Source: Octopus sinensis
Lineage: Eukaryota
Length of the DNA: 64,000 bases
Direction: 5' to 3'
NCBI RefSeq assembly: GCF_006345805.1
Contig: NC_043001.1
Location: 20,088,001 to 20,152,000 of the forward strand
The position numbers were made by a program, and so were the translations under genes. This document shows positions 13,971 through 27,720 of this stretch, piece by piece; position 1 is the stretch's first letter; every line of letters begins with the position of its first letter. The notes below the pieces were generated by a model. It was not told the DNA's origin, did not search any database, and saw nothing but the letters and a program-made list of their open reading frames with translations.

Positions 13971-14351
13971 CTAGCACTATGACCCAGCAACGCTGGGTCA
14001 TAGTGCTAGTGCATGCATATACAGCTGCGTGCATGCGCACATACACGCAAGTACTGTCCAAATTTCCGACCAATCACATACAGCTAGCTGGCATTCAATT
14101 GGCGTATCAAGTTTCGGGCATTTTGATTGGGTTTTTGGATAGAAAATTCACAAAAAAGTCACTTCTATTGATTTTTTTTTTAATGGCTTTGTGGGGTGAC
14201 TGGGGAAATGTAAAGATGTGCACGACCACCCTTGGACGGTTTTGAATGACCATAGAAAGTGCGAGCCCTCTAACTGAAATATTGTGGATTTGTATAAAGG
14301 ATATACACACACACAGACATACATTTTGCTGTCTATATATATAGAGAGAGA
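13971..14351 (-). mobile_element. Non-autonomous Helitron-like element
   Basis: On the - strand it starts TC(TC)nTATATATATAG after an A and ends CTAG before a T. Terminal hairpin with 19-bp perfect arms at 13970-14010. No TSD. Confidence 0.65.
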
Positions 14352-15705
14352 TGGTAGCTACAGTTATTTTTCAAGCACTGTGATTAAGTAATACAAATAT
14401 TGTATTTTCTTATACTTCACCATAGTCTCTCTAAATATAAATTAATTTGATATGAAGTTAATTCAAAGGGCAAGTTATTGAAGAAATATTTCTGTGGCAC
14501 ATTGATATGATATTTCACATGTTCATTGAACTATAATCTAGATGTTATTTCCTTTCATTTTAAATTCTAGAAATTGCTTTTTAAACTTTTTTTCATCTTT
14601 CTCTAATACTATTTTGAAAGAATTACGTTTTGGTTTTAATACACCAAATTTTAAATAAAGTGCGGATGTGATCCATGTCTTTCAATAACCAGAAATAAGA
14701 TTGTCTGATCTTTAATGAATAGAAAATTATATTTTCCACTTTCGTTAGTGGATTAATATATTTCATATTTGTTCTAAGTTAGTGTTAGAAGGTATTCTTG
14801 TATAAATCAGGTTTGATAACTGACTGAGGTTTTATCAGTGCAACTTTATAGTTGGGTGGAGATTGTTAATAGGGAACATTTTAAAGTCTTTCGTTGCATG
14901 TAGAGATTGCTTTAAAAAAAATAAAGCCACTTTACAGTTCCTCTTTTTCTGTAAATTCTAAGCTGTTTATATTGAAATTTGAAAAATTGCATATTGTTCA
15001 TCACCATCACCATCATCATTTAATGTCCATTTTCCATGTTGGCATGGGTTGGGACATTTTCACAGGAACTGGTAAACCAGCTGATTGTGTCAATCTCCAC
15101 TTTATAGAGTGTACTGGGTGCTTTTTATGTGGCACCATCACCAGTGCCTATATTAGTATATAAAATTTGTGAGGTTCAACACCTTGAATTCAGCTTTCGC
15201 CACTCCTATCCATATTTTTTTTCCATGCTCTTCCTCTTCCACAGTTTTCTTTCATTTGGGATCTTCTGGCCTTTCTGTACTTCTATTTTATTATCCAAAT
15301 GTAATTTAAAAAACAATTTATTTTTTTATCTCCAAAGACAAGCTTAATATTCATCGTCAACATCATTATTTAGCATCCAAATTCCTGAGTGTAGTGGCTG
15401 CTTTTTCATGTCTCCAGCACTAGTGATGTTGCCAAGTAGCGTGTGAAGCAAGACCATTTGATTTGAGAGATGGAAGTGGCTTTATTCCAAGTATTGAGGG
15501 TCAAGTGTATGATAGAGAGATAGGGACAAGTGTCCTGCCGTAAAGGAGATACATGGCTACCCCACTTAGAAAAAGAGAGATGATGATGATGGTGGTAATA
15601 TGCCAGGGTGTACCTTCAGGATACAAGAGGGTTAATGTGAGTGGGGGATAGAGACTGAGGAATAGGTAGGCATATAATTTCATTAAATCATTTCAAATAT
15701 TTAAA

Positions 15706-15921
15706 CTGTTGTGTCTGGGGAGAGTCATTTTCTTTATCTGCCTAATAATGTAACACACACACCGTTAAAATTTCCTCTTATTTCTTATTTTTATTTTCCT
15801 AAAATTTTCGTTGCTTCTTGCAAACTTTTCAATAGTCTTGACTCTGTCAGTGGAAATTTTACTGGTGAGTGTGTTACATTATAAGGCACAAAAAGAAAAT
15901 GACTCTCCCCAGACACAACAG
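15706..15921. repeat. Fold-back: 70-bp inverted repeat (64/70 identical) with a 76-nt spacer
   Basis: 15706-15775 is the reverse complement of 15852-15921 with 6 mismatches. Confidence 0.9.
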
Positions 15922-16913
15922 AATATGCTTCAACACACGAACTCATATAAAGAATCTTGCAAACCAAATCCAAAAACGAAAAATATTTAAACATTTAATC
16001 TAAAATATTAATAACGACAAATCTATGAATAGATTTTGCCAAGATATTCATCCTTTTGATTAATTCGAATTAAATTATGTACTTGTATTAAATTACTTTG
16101 TCTAGAAACCATCTTATAAGAAGGAATAGAATAAACTACTGTAATCTTTGAAAAAGACTATAAATGCAACAAAGATTGGGAGATGATAGCAGCAACACTA
16201 GCTCAGATCAGAATATTTCTCATAAGAAAATGGATTCCTGTGTCTCTAAGCCTGAATATTTTGCCTTTTGTTTTCTCAACTGATAGCCTGTTTAACCACT
16301 CTCCAGTATTAATAGGTGATTTGTACCATTTAATAGCTTTGTACAACACATGCAATGTTTCTTTATATATACAAATAACATCCACTAAAACTGCTTTTGT
16401 AATGGGACAGTTGAATAAAAACGCTGGCATTTGAAAAGTTAAGGTCACAAAAGTTTGTTTTGCTTGGGTCTGGGGTGGGGAATTGAATAGTTTAACATTT
16501 TAAATATTTTATTTTAGTGTGATTTTAGCTTATTGAGTATTTAACTATATTTACTAGTATTATTACAAGCATTTAAGGTAGTGAGTCAGCAGAGTCATTT
16601 CTCTGCTCCAGACAAAATGTATAGTGTCATATCTTCTGGCTTTACATTCCGAGTTCAAATGCCGCTGAGGTCGACTTTGCCTTTCATCCTTTCAATGTCT
16701 ATAAAATTAGTACTGGGGTTGATGATAATGACTTACTGCAGGCCTTGTGCCAGAATTTGAAATCTTTATTAAAAGCATTTGTATCACCAAAGACTTGGTT
16801 TTAGGATTTAACGTTGCTGTATTTCTTATAATAATGTATTCTCTTTCAGGTCTTTAGCTGTTTTTAAGCGTCAAAGGTTAAAAAATTGAATTTTTCTATT
16901 TATGTCAGAATAT

Positions 16914-16981
16914 GAAGCGGTTGGGAGCTGTGTCAACTATCTGAACCGAAGCGGTTGGGAGCTGTGTCAACTATCTGAACC
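16914..16981. repeat. Perfect tandem duplication, 2 x 34 bp
   Basis: GAAGCGGTTGGGAGCTGTGTCAACTATCTGAACC occurs twice, head to tail. Confidence 0.97.
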
Positions 16982-17335
16982 ATCCTATTGATTGTAGTAC
17001 TTTTGTTTTCCAGCTTAATACCACTAACCATTTATTGCATTTGTTCAAAATTCTTTTGCAAAAAAAAAAAATATATATATAAAGACAATATAACTCAATA
17101 TTAAATGCTTGTGCAAGAAGCAAATATTTTTACGAGAGGTTAGCATTTCTTGATATGCTTAAACATGTTTAAGTGACCCCCGTTAAAATTATATAATCGT
17201 TACATTGCCTTCAAGGAATGCAACGTAAATTAATCCTTTCTTGTTTCAACTGACCATTTGTTGTTGATAGTTATTTTAATCTGCTGTTTTGTATCAATTT
17301 ACTTACTTTTTATTTTTAGATTTAAATATTGTTGA

Positions 17336-17551
<216 letters not shown>

Positions 17552-18204
17552 TAAATTTTCAAATCTATGGGCATTGTTTGTATGTGGCAGCAAAAGACTT
17601 TGTGGTAGAATATTAGTTTCTATATTACCTTTTGTAATTTAATTTTGGTTGAAGTTTGTCATTTTGTGGTTATATTCACTTGTAATTTTTTAGGGAGTAT
17701 TAGACAAAAACTGTTCATTTGCAATTTTTAAATCATTCTATTATATTGATTGTAATAGTGCAGTCGCAACTTATAAAATGTAAATAACACCTTGTATTAT
17801 TTTTATCCATTTCTTATCTGCCTGCTACGCTAGTCTTCATGTCTGTCGACACATAAACATCACATCTTTCCATTTATCTGTTTTTGTGTAAGAAATTATG
17901 AAAGTTTCTTGGCAAATAAACCCATGATCTGGTTTTATCTTTTGGACTTGGCTTCCACTAAATGCGTTTGGAAAAGGCATGGACATGACTTCAAAATTTC
18001 ACTAGTTTATACTGAAAACTGTTATTATTACAAAATATTTTGTCCTGCTTAGGATACATGTATTCTATTCTACCAGTACCATTCTGTAATTATAAAATAA
18101 TATTCATTTGTGGTTACCACTTTTTTGTCTTTGTTTTATTGATATATTTCACACTATATTGATAGTGTGGACGTCTGTATATACATATATCTTCTCAGAT
18201 TTAA

Positions 18205-18435
18205 GGCGGCGAGCTGGCAGAAACATTAGCACACCGGGCGAAATGCGTAGCCATATTTCGTCTGCCATTATGTTCTGAGTTCAAATTCCACCGAGGTCGA
18301 CTTTGCCTTTCATCTTTTCGGGGTTGATAAATTAAGTACCAGTTACGCACTGGAGTTGATGTAATTGACTTAATCCGTTTGTCTGTCCTTGTTTGTCCTC
18401 TCTGTGTTTAGCCCCTTGTGGGTAGTAAAGAAAAT
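18205..18435 (+). mobile_element. SINE family A (tRNA-like head, ~230 bp)
   Basis: A-box-like AGCTGGCAGAA and B-box GAGTTCAAATTCC. 20-bp TSD ATATATCTTCTCAGATTTAA (18185-204 / 18436-55). The central GCCTTTCATC...GGGGTCGATAAA..AGTACCAG resembles the Meta/MESC SINE domain (from memory). Confidence 0.92.
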
Positions 18436-19598
18436 ATATATCTTCTCAGATTTAAATACGTAGCTTTCCATGTAGTTTTTTAATATTGTTTTGTATCACA
18501 CCTCATTGCTTCTGTCACTCATATAGTGACAGAGGCTGTTCTTGTGTCTTTATTCTACATTATTTCTGTTACTAGGTCTATATTTGGAAAATTTCTCAAC
18601 CTACTTGTTATTGAGCAAGTTACATAATAGCAAAGTATCTGGAAAACTTGTCAATTAAAACATTATATCAGGGATATTCCCACCTGTTTCATCATTTCTG
18701 TGTTTATGCATATCTTTGAGGATGACAATACTTCTGTGACTGTCAGTCTTTAAATGTTTCAACTTTTATTGTTATGGCTGTTCTTTTTGGTTTGTATGGA
18801 TGCTCAGTTCCAAATGTGCTTTAGTGTATCTTTCCCTTGAGGTGCTGAACAGGCAGAATCATTAGCATATTGGGCAAAATGCTCAGCAGTATTTCTTCGA
18901 TGTTTGTTCTGAGTCCAGATACCACTGAGGTCAACTTTGCTTTTCATCCTTTTTTTGAGGGGTCAGTAAGTTAAGTTCCAATCAAGTACTGGGTTTGATG
19001 TAATTGACTAACCCTTCTCTTCCAAATTGTTGGTCTTGTACCAAAACTTGAAACATTTGTAATCAATTTAAAGAACAACAATACCTGTTTCTGTCACATT
19101 TTGCATTTGCTTATAATGGGTTGCCTTGCCTTTTCTAGAATTATGTGTACAACATAATGGTAATCTCTCTACATAGGCCATCTTTAATTGCACAAGATTA
19201 CACGTTCCATTCTGTCGTGTAATGTATGTCAGTATTTACATGATGAATTCTCAATAGTGTAGCTTCATAATTTTTTTGTCTTGTAGTTGGATATCTTGCA
19301 ACTTTGACTTCATGTTATTGAAACTAGTTTAATGAGACTGTTGTTGTAGAGTTTGTTGTTTCTTTGTGTGTTCGAAGTTATCAAGTTCACACTTTAGTAT
19401 CATACTCATCTGGTAGTTGTGTATCCTTTTGGAGTAACTTTCTCGTTGTTGGCAAGTAATGTTTGTCGCTATTTCAGCACAGCTGTTCCATTCAAACAGA
19501 CATTACTGTAATTTTTTTTTTTTTAACTCCCAAAAGATATTTCCTCTGGCTGGTTAACCAAGCACACCTGCATCCGATATATTGCAAGTAATATATCA

Positions 19599-19814
19599 TG
19601 AAGGCGACGAGCTGGCAGAAACGTTAGCACGCCGGGCGAGATGCTTAGCCGTATTTCGTCAGCCATTACGTTCTGAGTTCAAATTCTTCCGAGGTCGACT
19701 TTGCCTTTCATCCTTTCGGGGTTGATTTAAGTACCAGTTACGCACTAGGGTTGATGTAATCGACTAAATCATTTGTCTCCTCTATGTTTAGCCCCTTGTG
19801 GGTAATAAAGTAAC
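19599..19814 (+). mobile_element. SINE family A
   Basis: 22-bp TSD ATATATTGCAAGTAATATATCA (19577-98 / 19815-36). Decayed copies also at ~16575, 18838, 21235, 32300, 45240, 52010 and 62720. Confidence 0.92.
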
Positions 19815-22540
19815 ATATATTGCAAGTAATATATCAGGTGCCTGTGTGCATTGTTAACCAGCTAGAAGAAATGTCCTCTTGGGATTAAAACATCATAGTA
19901 ACATCCATTCCAATGGAAAAGCTATGTTGAAGTGGCAACAAGCATTACTTACCAGTACAGCTACTGCATTCATCTCTGGCAGAGATTTTAGGTCTAGCTT
20001 ATTGGCTTGTTTCTCATTATTGCCCCAGTTCAGCTTTGAGTAGACTTATGATCAAAAATATTACAGCCATGCTCATTAATATAAATAATAATAAAGAAAA
20101 CAAAAACGGATGTTTTTGAAGGCATTTGGCTGCCTTTTCTAGCAACCATGATGGTGCTCCCTCAGTTTATTAACACTTTCATACGTTTTATTTGTTTGCT
20201 TTCATTGACTTCCAGATTTTCATAAACCCCTCCCAATGCATATTTTATTAGTACATGATTAGGTCCGTGGTCAGTGTTTACTAACTTGTTCAGGTTGCAC
20301 GACTGAAGGCATCTCTTGCATATTTATCAACCTCAAATCCTGTATCGGTATTAGTTATAGATTGTTACAGTTTGCAAAACTATTTCCTGACTTCAGCTTT
20401 TAACAAGTAAAGTTTAATGTTGTCTATACAGGGGCTGAATTCAATTTTACAAACCTAATAGTCAGTTCCTCTAGAATTTAGTGAAATATTTAACGTTGTA
20501 AGTACCATACCCAGTAGAATTTGTGATGAATGAATGTCTCTGGAATATGATATTTTGGAAGTAAATTGTATGTTTTTACGGACTCATTCATTGTGATTTA
20601 GTTATATTTTTGTCCTCCATTTGCTCATAGTAGTTTTCATGAACCCTATAACTACTGCTAATAAATTATACATTGCTATTGATTTACAGACCCATGAATG
20701 CAGTTCAACACAATTATAAGCTTTAGCCTGTCAGTATGTTGGTTGGTCTCTCTTTTCCAGCCTGCAGTCTTCTAATATTTTATTTATTAATATCTGATCT
20801 TTTACAGTCATTATGAACCTCTTCTTCCTCCTGCCTTTCGTTTCGCAAATACATTTCTGCCTCGGTGTTGATATATCTCCTCACTTAGTGTTAATGTCGG
20901 TCATGTAGAAAGTAACAAGATATTTGATTCTTAAATTTTTGAAGTCACCCAATTCTCTTATTTTGGTTGGAGGATTGATTTTCCTTGTGTCAGTATAATG
21001 TTGGTATTTGAGACACTCATTATTTTGTTAAAACACTGGGTTATGTGTGTGAAAGAGTGACATACGATGTTTTACTGTGAAATTTTATATTTTGTCTATT
21101 CTAGGAACTCATAATTATCTTTTCTTTTATAGTTTCTCTTTCTACTACGATATCTCTCCATATCTATGTTAGTGTGTCTTCTGTATTACTACGTGCCTTC
21201 TGTTGTGTCTTCTGTATTATCTATATTAGTACATAAGGTGGTGAGCTGCCAGAATCATTAGCACACCAGGCAAAAATGCTTAATGGCATTTTGTCTGTAT
21301 TTATGTTCTGAGTTCAAATTCCATCAAGCTCTACTTTTTGTCCTTTTTGGGGTTGATAAAATAAGCAGCACCAGCTGAGCATTGGGATCAGTGTAATTGC
21401 CCATCCCACAAATTGCTGCCCTTGTGTTAAAATTTGAAACCCATACCTGTATTAGTCCATGCCTTCTATAAAATATTTACTATATCTCTTCATATCTACA
21501 TTAGTATGCGTCTTATATCTGCTATAATAGCTTATTTTATCTATGTTAGTACATTATGATACACTCTGCTGTCTGTGTTGAAGTACAAGACTAAATTTTT
21601 ATTCTCTAGATTATTTCATTTTGTGAAATATTTTTCATCTCACATATTTTACTCCAACATATTTGTACAGTTTGTCTTTGGTGGTTCTCTGCTTTTTAGG
21701 ATTTTTTTTTTTTTAATTTTTCATTTATTTAGTCAGGAGTAAAGTTAGTGACCATGAGTCATTACAAGGCCTGTGAGACTGGGTGGAAGGAGGGAGATGT
21801 CCTCAAGCAGGAAACCTGGCCCAGAGTGTTTGCAACAGAGTGGACTCTTCTAAGGACACCCATAGTGCCAGTTGGTGATCTTGACTTGGACAGTGGGTTA
21901 AATCTATCACTCAACTAGGAGGTCATGATGGTATTGGAACTCAACTTAAAAGGCTGGCTCAAATACTACCAAGTACTGGGGTTGATATGATTAAAACAAA
22001 TTCTTGAAAGCATTGCCCCAGCTTGACCATATTTCATTGACAGTAAAACCTATATATATTTAAGCATTCTTATGTTTGGTTGTGAAGACATGTGGGCTAG
22101 TGGTTAGGCTGTTGCAATTATGATCATAAAATCATAGGTTCAATTCTCAGACTTGGTAATGTGCTGTGTCCTTGAGCAAAACACTTCATTTCACATTGTT
22201 CTAGTTCAATCAGCTGTGTGTGATTAACCCTGCAACAGATCTGTGTCCACTCAATGGGGACCATTGTAATCTGTCACTTATGCACTGTGGAAACAGTTAA
22301 GCTTCGGACATGAATCCCTAGGGCTCACGATAGGCCTCATATTTGGTAATTTTATGCTCTTCATTTGTGAACAATCATATACATATCACCATTTTCATTA
22401 AATTAGTCATTGTTACCTGTTGTTTTAATTTGGCTATAAAGAAGGCATGTACTGACTCTGAGTCCTTCATTTCAATTGACTTCTGCCCTATGTATGCTTA
22501 TTATTATTATTATTTTAAACTTTCTGCTTTGTCTCTTCAG

Positions 22541-22739
22541 GATGTTGGAGGTCAAGACAAAATTCGTCCATTATGGCGCCACTACTATACTGGAACACAG
22601 GGGCTTATATTTGTGGTAGACTGTGCCGATAGAGATAGAATTGATGAAGCTAAACAAGAGCTCCATCGAATTATTAATGACCGAGAAATGAGAGATGCTA
22701 TCATTCTTATATTTGCTAACAAACAAGACCTTCCAGAAG
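22541..22739 (+). CDS. ARF6: ARF6 coding exon 3 ([20 protein letters not shown]...NKQDLPE)
   Basis: DVGGQ (G3) and NKQD (G4) motifs. TTCAG acceptor at 22536-40, GTATGT donor at 22740. Confidence 0.98.
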
Positions 22740-24782
22740 GTATGTAACAAAGATTGTTCTTAAAAACTCTGTACCCTCCCTCTTTTCTCTCACACCTTGT
22801 ATATCATCTCCCTACTTAGTGATCTATCTACAGATTTATCTCTATTCCACCTGTGCAACCTCTTGTCACCCCTTTTTCTGAGCTACTTTGATCTTTTTCA
22901 CCTTCTTCGCCCTTCCATACTGATATTTACCATCAACTACATCTCTACCCTTGTTTTTGAAGGTGTGGTTGATGGTAAATACCTACAGACACTTCTAATC
23001 GTGTGACACCCTCCTCTTATACTCTAATGAAATTACCCTCCACTATTTGTACTCGTTCTTACACTTACCATTTTGTACCTACAGAACAAGCCCTAGCCCA
23101 CCCCACTGCCACCAATATTTTTATCTTCATTCTAGCTATTCTAACCCACTCCTATAATGTGGTGCAGCCATGTATCTCTCGTATCGCAAGATTCCCATGC
23201 TTATCCTTCTATCATGGTTTTGCTTTTGACGTTTGGCATAAAGCCACCTCCATTTCTTTTTCTTTCTTTTTTTTTTTTTTTTTACCCTGAGTCTTGCAAC
23301 TAACTTAGCAACCTCACTAGTTTCGGTGGCATGAGAAAAAGTACCCAGTACACACAGTCAAGTGGTTGGCATTAGGAAAGGCATCCAGTCATAGAAATCT
23401 TGTCAAACTGCCCAACTCATCATGCTAGCATGAAAAACAGATGTTAAACGATGACATGAGTTGAACAGTGTGTAGTATATCATGTCACAATTCTTCTGAT
23501 CTTGTGTTATATGAATGGACCACCATTCTGAGATCTGATCGACCTACTTGATCATCATCATCATCTGTCCAAACTCCAGCTGTCTGTTCTTAACATAGAT
23601 TTTCTTTAGTCATTGTTTGCTGCATGTATCTTCCGCTCAGCAGTTTTTCATTTGTCAGGGAATCCTCTATTTTCATATCCTGTATTATCAATGCACCTAC
23701 CTCTCCTACACACAGACATCAGCTGATCTTTTTTGATGCTCAGTCACTCTTTCAGCTCATGTGCTCTTAGTTTATGCAATTTGAGACTGAAGATTATATC
23801 TTAATTGTTGAAACAATAGTTGTAAAAAAAAAAATAATAATAATAAAATCACGTATGTGCTATTAAAACATCCAGCAATCACAGTTGTCAACAAAAAACA
23901 ATTTCCACCAATTACACAGAACACAAAAGCACTTAGCTCAAATACAAATTAAACATTCTTTTTATGGAACATTCATAAAATATCTTAGGTTTCTATGATA
24001 ATGAAATTGCTATACACATTCAATGATATAATTACAAAAACATCTAAAACCATTACATAGAATGAAAGGTAACGTGAAAAGAATACAACACTGGCTAGAC
24101 AAGGAAACTAACCAGTTAATAAAAATTGGAGCCAGCTTTAGTGTGACAACCTTTAGTGCCAAAAGTTAAATGCCTTCAAAGCTCACTTTATCATTTTGAA
24201 AGCACCATTTGGGCGTGGCCGTTGCCAGTACCACCAAACTGGCCCTCGTGCCGGTGGCACGTAAAAGCATCCACTGCACTCTTGGAGTGGTTGGCATTAG
24301 GAAGGGCATCCAGCTGTAGAAATTCTGCCAGATCAGATTGGAGTCTGGTGCAGCCATCTGGTTCGCCAGACCTCAGTCAAATTATCCAACCCATGCTAGC
24401 ATGGAAAGCAGACGTTAAATGATGATGATGATGAAGGATGTGCTAGATATCCTTGAAATGATATAATGGTCGAGCTGTTATGCCTTTTAATCAAAGGTTT
24501 ACTCAATGCAGATTGACCTGGAGCCAAACAACCAGTGCCACACCAAAAATGTTGCAATAAAGAAAAAGTAAGCCATAAAAGAACATGGTTCTTTGTATGA
24601 TAGTCCCAATATGCACTAAAAGTAATTTGATTTTCAAATGGTTTTACTTCAACTTCTTTTTGCCAATTCTTTTAAATTTTGTCTTATATAATATGATTGT
24701 TTTTCAAATATTAGTGTCTTTGTATCTTGGTAATGCAACTTGAATAAATTTTTACGTGTATGTCTTTTATTGTTTCTTACAG

Positions 24783-24925
24783 CAATGAAACCACACGAAA
24801 TTCAAGAGAAACTAGGTCTTACTCGACTGCGCGATAGGAATTGGTATGTGCAGCCATCATGTGCAACAACAGGAGATGGACTCTATGAGGGCCTCACTTG
24901 GTTGACTTCTAATTTCAAATCCTGA
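24783..24925 (+). CDS. ARF6: ARF6 terminal coding exon ([47 protein letters not shown])
   Basis: CAT (G5) motif, TTACAG acceptor ending 24782, TGA at 24923-25. C-terminus nearly identical to recalled metazoan ARF6. Confidence 0.98.
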
Positions 24926-27720
24926 CTAAAGCCCAAGTTTGAGGGGCCCCAATGATAACTTGATCTTTTGTAAATTTTTGGACTTGAAGTAGGAAAATCT
25001 AAAATTCCTAACAGGAAAGGAAATAAATTTTCTGTTTGATTAAAATTTTTAATAAAGACATTTCAAACAAAAAAGACAACTATCAATAGATATCTATGTA
25101 ATATCTATAGGTACATAGATATATAAACAAATATGACTTATAATACACATATACACATATTCAATTGCACATGCGCATTCATATGAATTAATATTTTTTG
25201 TAAGCCAGCCAATATATCTAAAGATATTTGGCCATCTAGTGTGTGCACATGTGTGTATGTGTGTTTGTGCATGCATACTTGCCATCCTGCTGTCTCTACA
25301 ACAGATGTCCATTAAGTGCAGCCAAGCTAATAAACTCCATTGAAATTCTCCAATTTTGCAGAAAAAAAAAAAAAGACACCTCATTGCCAAGATTCCCTTT
25401 TAATATTTCAGTCTGTTTTATTAAAGGGATCTGTTGCAGTTGAAGGGAGGGATTTTGTTATATTTTTGAAAAATAAATAATAAAAAAAAAAATGTTACAT
25501 ACAAAAATATTCCTGAGCCAGGGATTAAAAGCAGGATTGAGCAGATATTTTTTTTTTTCCAATCTAAGTAAATAAAACAAATTACTTGGAAAAACAAACC
25601 AATTTAACATTGGTTTATTTTTCTAATCTGTTCAGCTGTTAGACAAGTTCTTTTTTTTTTCCCCAAAAAAATGCTGTTTTCATTTGATATTAAACAAGGC
25701 AAAAAAAATAAAAAAACCATGTTTGGATGCAATTGGTTTTCCTCATGCTAATTAATGACCTGCAAAACAAAAGAGAAATATTTCCTTTCTAGAAAGTAAG
25801 GAAAAAAGAAAAAGCCATGTGGGACCATGATATGTGTGTGTGTATGTATGTATGTTTGTTTGATTAGTGAATGAATTTTAAAATTACAACTCTTGTGATG
25901 GATAATAAACCGTCACCCAATTTCTGATCACACAGATTTGCAAGTATGTATAAAAAATGAGTAATTTAAAGCAAATTTTGAAGTAACCATTTTTTTTTTT
26001 TTTTCTAAGGACAACTCTTCTATACATAAGAATTACTTTCTGATGCTTCAATGCTGTTAAGTTCCATTTTGTTCAGAAGAAAATAAAAACAGATGTAGAA
26101 GTGACAATGATAACAATCAGCTGCAGTCAGTTCCTTAAATTCTTATGGGAACATGAAAAACGCATTCACATATTGTGTGCGTAAATATATATATATGTAT
26201 ATATATGAGTAAACTCAGTCCTATGAATTGAGTCTTATATGGCTGAACACTCAACAACATATACATATGTGTAAATGTAGATGCATTTAATTTGAAAATT
26301 AATGTGATTGCACCCTGTTTGTTTTGTATCAGTATATATGTGTACACAATTTAATTAATTGCAGTTAAGTATGTCTGTGGTAATATGATTAGTTTGTGTA
26401 CACATGTTTACAGCAAAACCAATAGTCTTGAACTTCATACATCTTCCTCTATGATTCTGGTAAAGAATTCTCCACACTCAGATATTTGTCAGGGATTCTT
26501 TTGGATAATAGTATTAATTATGGTAATGGTAATAATAATAATAAGGATTTCTAACACTGACGCAAGTAATATTATAACAATTAGGTATTGTAATGAAAGT
26601 CTGGCATCAGGAAGAAATTCTTTTGTAGTTTGTCATCTTTTGTCCCACTTCTATTGGCAGCAGCCTTTCCACTTGGCTACATCACTTATTAATTTTATTA
26701 CTAAGGTGCTTAACAACAAGAACAAAGAAAAAAAGAAAAAAAACATGCTTCATAACTAATGTCGACTTCCTTAGATATTAATTCATATTTTAAACAATTT
26801 TCTTTTTCATAATGAAACCCTAATAATGTTATGTTTTCTGCTTCCCTGTGCAGCTTGAGCTGTCATATTAGTTGCTGGAAGGTAACTTCTTGGCTCACCA
26901 TTGGCTATGCTGCTGCTGCCACATCAAATTGTACTTCCCAGAATTTTTAAATGAATTTTTTTTCTCTTAAAATAAATCCTACATGATCACTTGAAAAAAA
27001 AAAAAGGAAAAAAAATATTTAAAAAATTAATATAAACAATATTGTTTATCGTTTTTTTGCTTTGCTACTAATATTTTGTTGTCAAGAAGTAAAGCCCTAT
27101 TGTTACATAATTATAATTCTGTTTAAACAGCTGCTATTGATTTATTGAATTGCTATGGTTAAGGGCTGATAGCTTTCAGCTTCCTTTCTGTCTTATCTTT
27201 CTCATCAGAAAAAAAAAAATCAAAATCAAAATTTAAAAATTTTATTTGAAGCAGTATTTAGTTTATATTTCCTGCCAATAAAAAAAAAAAAATATTTTCA
27301 ATTCGGTTTGAGGTGGGGAATTTGGCTGGTTGTAAAATCGTAACAAAACATATTGACTGGCTTATATAACGAAAACAAGATTATGATATTTTCTGGAATT
27401 TTACTGATTTTTATATTTTTTATATTCCTTTAAGAGATCATTTAATTTTTCTAGAAATTTAAAGGTTTTTGTATATGATTGTATATGTGACAAAGTTTTG
27501 TTAATTTAGATATGAGCTAATCTGAGTCAATACATGTTACACGTATCACTATGACAGTATATAAATCTCTTTATACATACACATTTATATGACACATACA
27601 CATATATATATATGTGTGTTGTATCTTATTGCTTAATTAGATGACATTTTAGTCTTGCTTAGATTATTTCTATTTAGGAGATAAAATATATTCTGAACAA
27701 ATGATCAAATAAAATAAGTG
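24926..27720 (+). other. Probable long ARF6 3'UTR (end point uncertain)
   Basis: A/U-rich and free of recognisable SINE/LINE copies. Several AATAAA hexamers (e.g. 25051, ~25473, ~27277, ~27708). Confidence 0.5.

Noticed and set aside
15790-15845. Hammerhead in the spacer of the 70-bp fold-back (- strand TTGAAAA-GTTTGC..GCAAC-GAAA)
   Set aside because: The core differs from CUGANGA at two invariant positions and no stem I can be formed.
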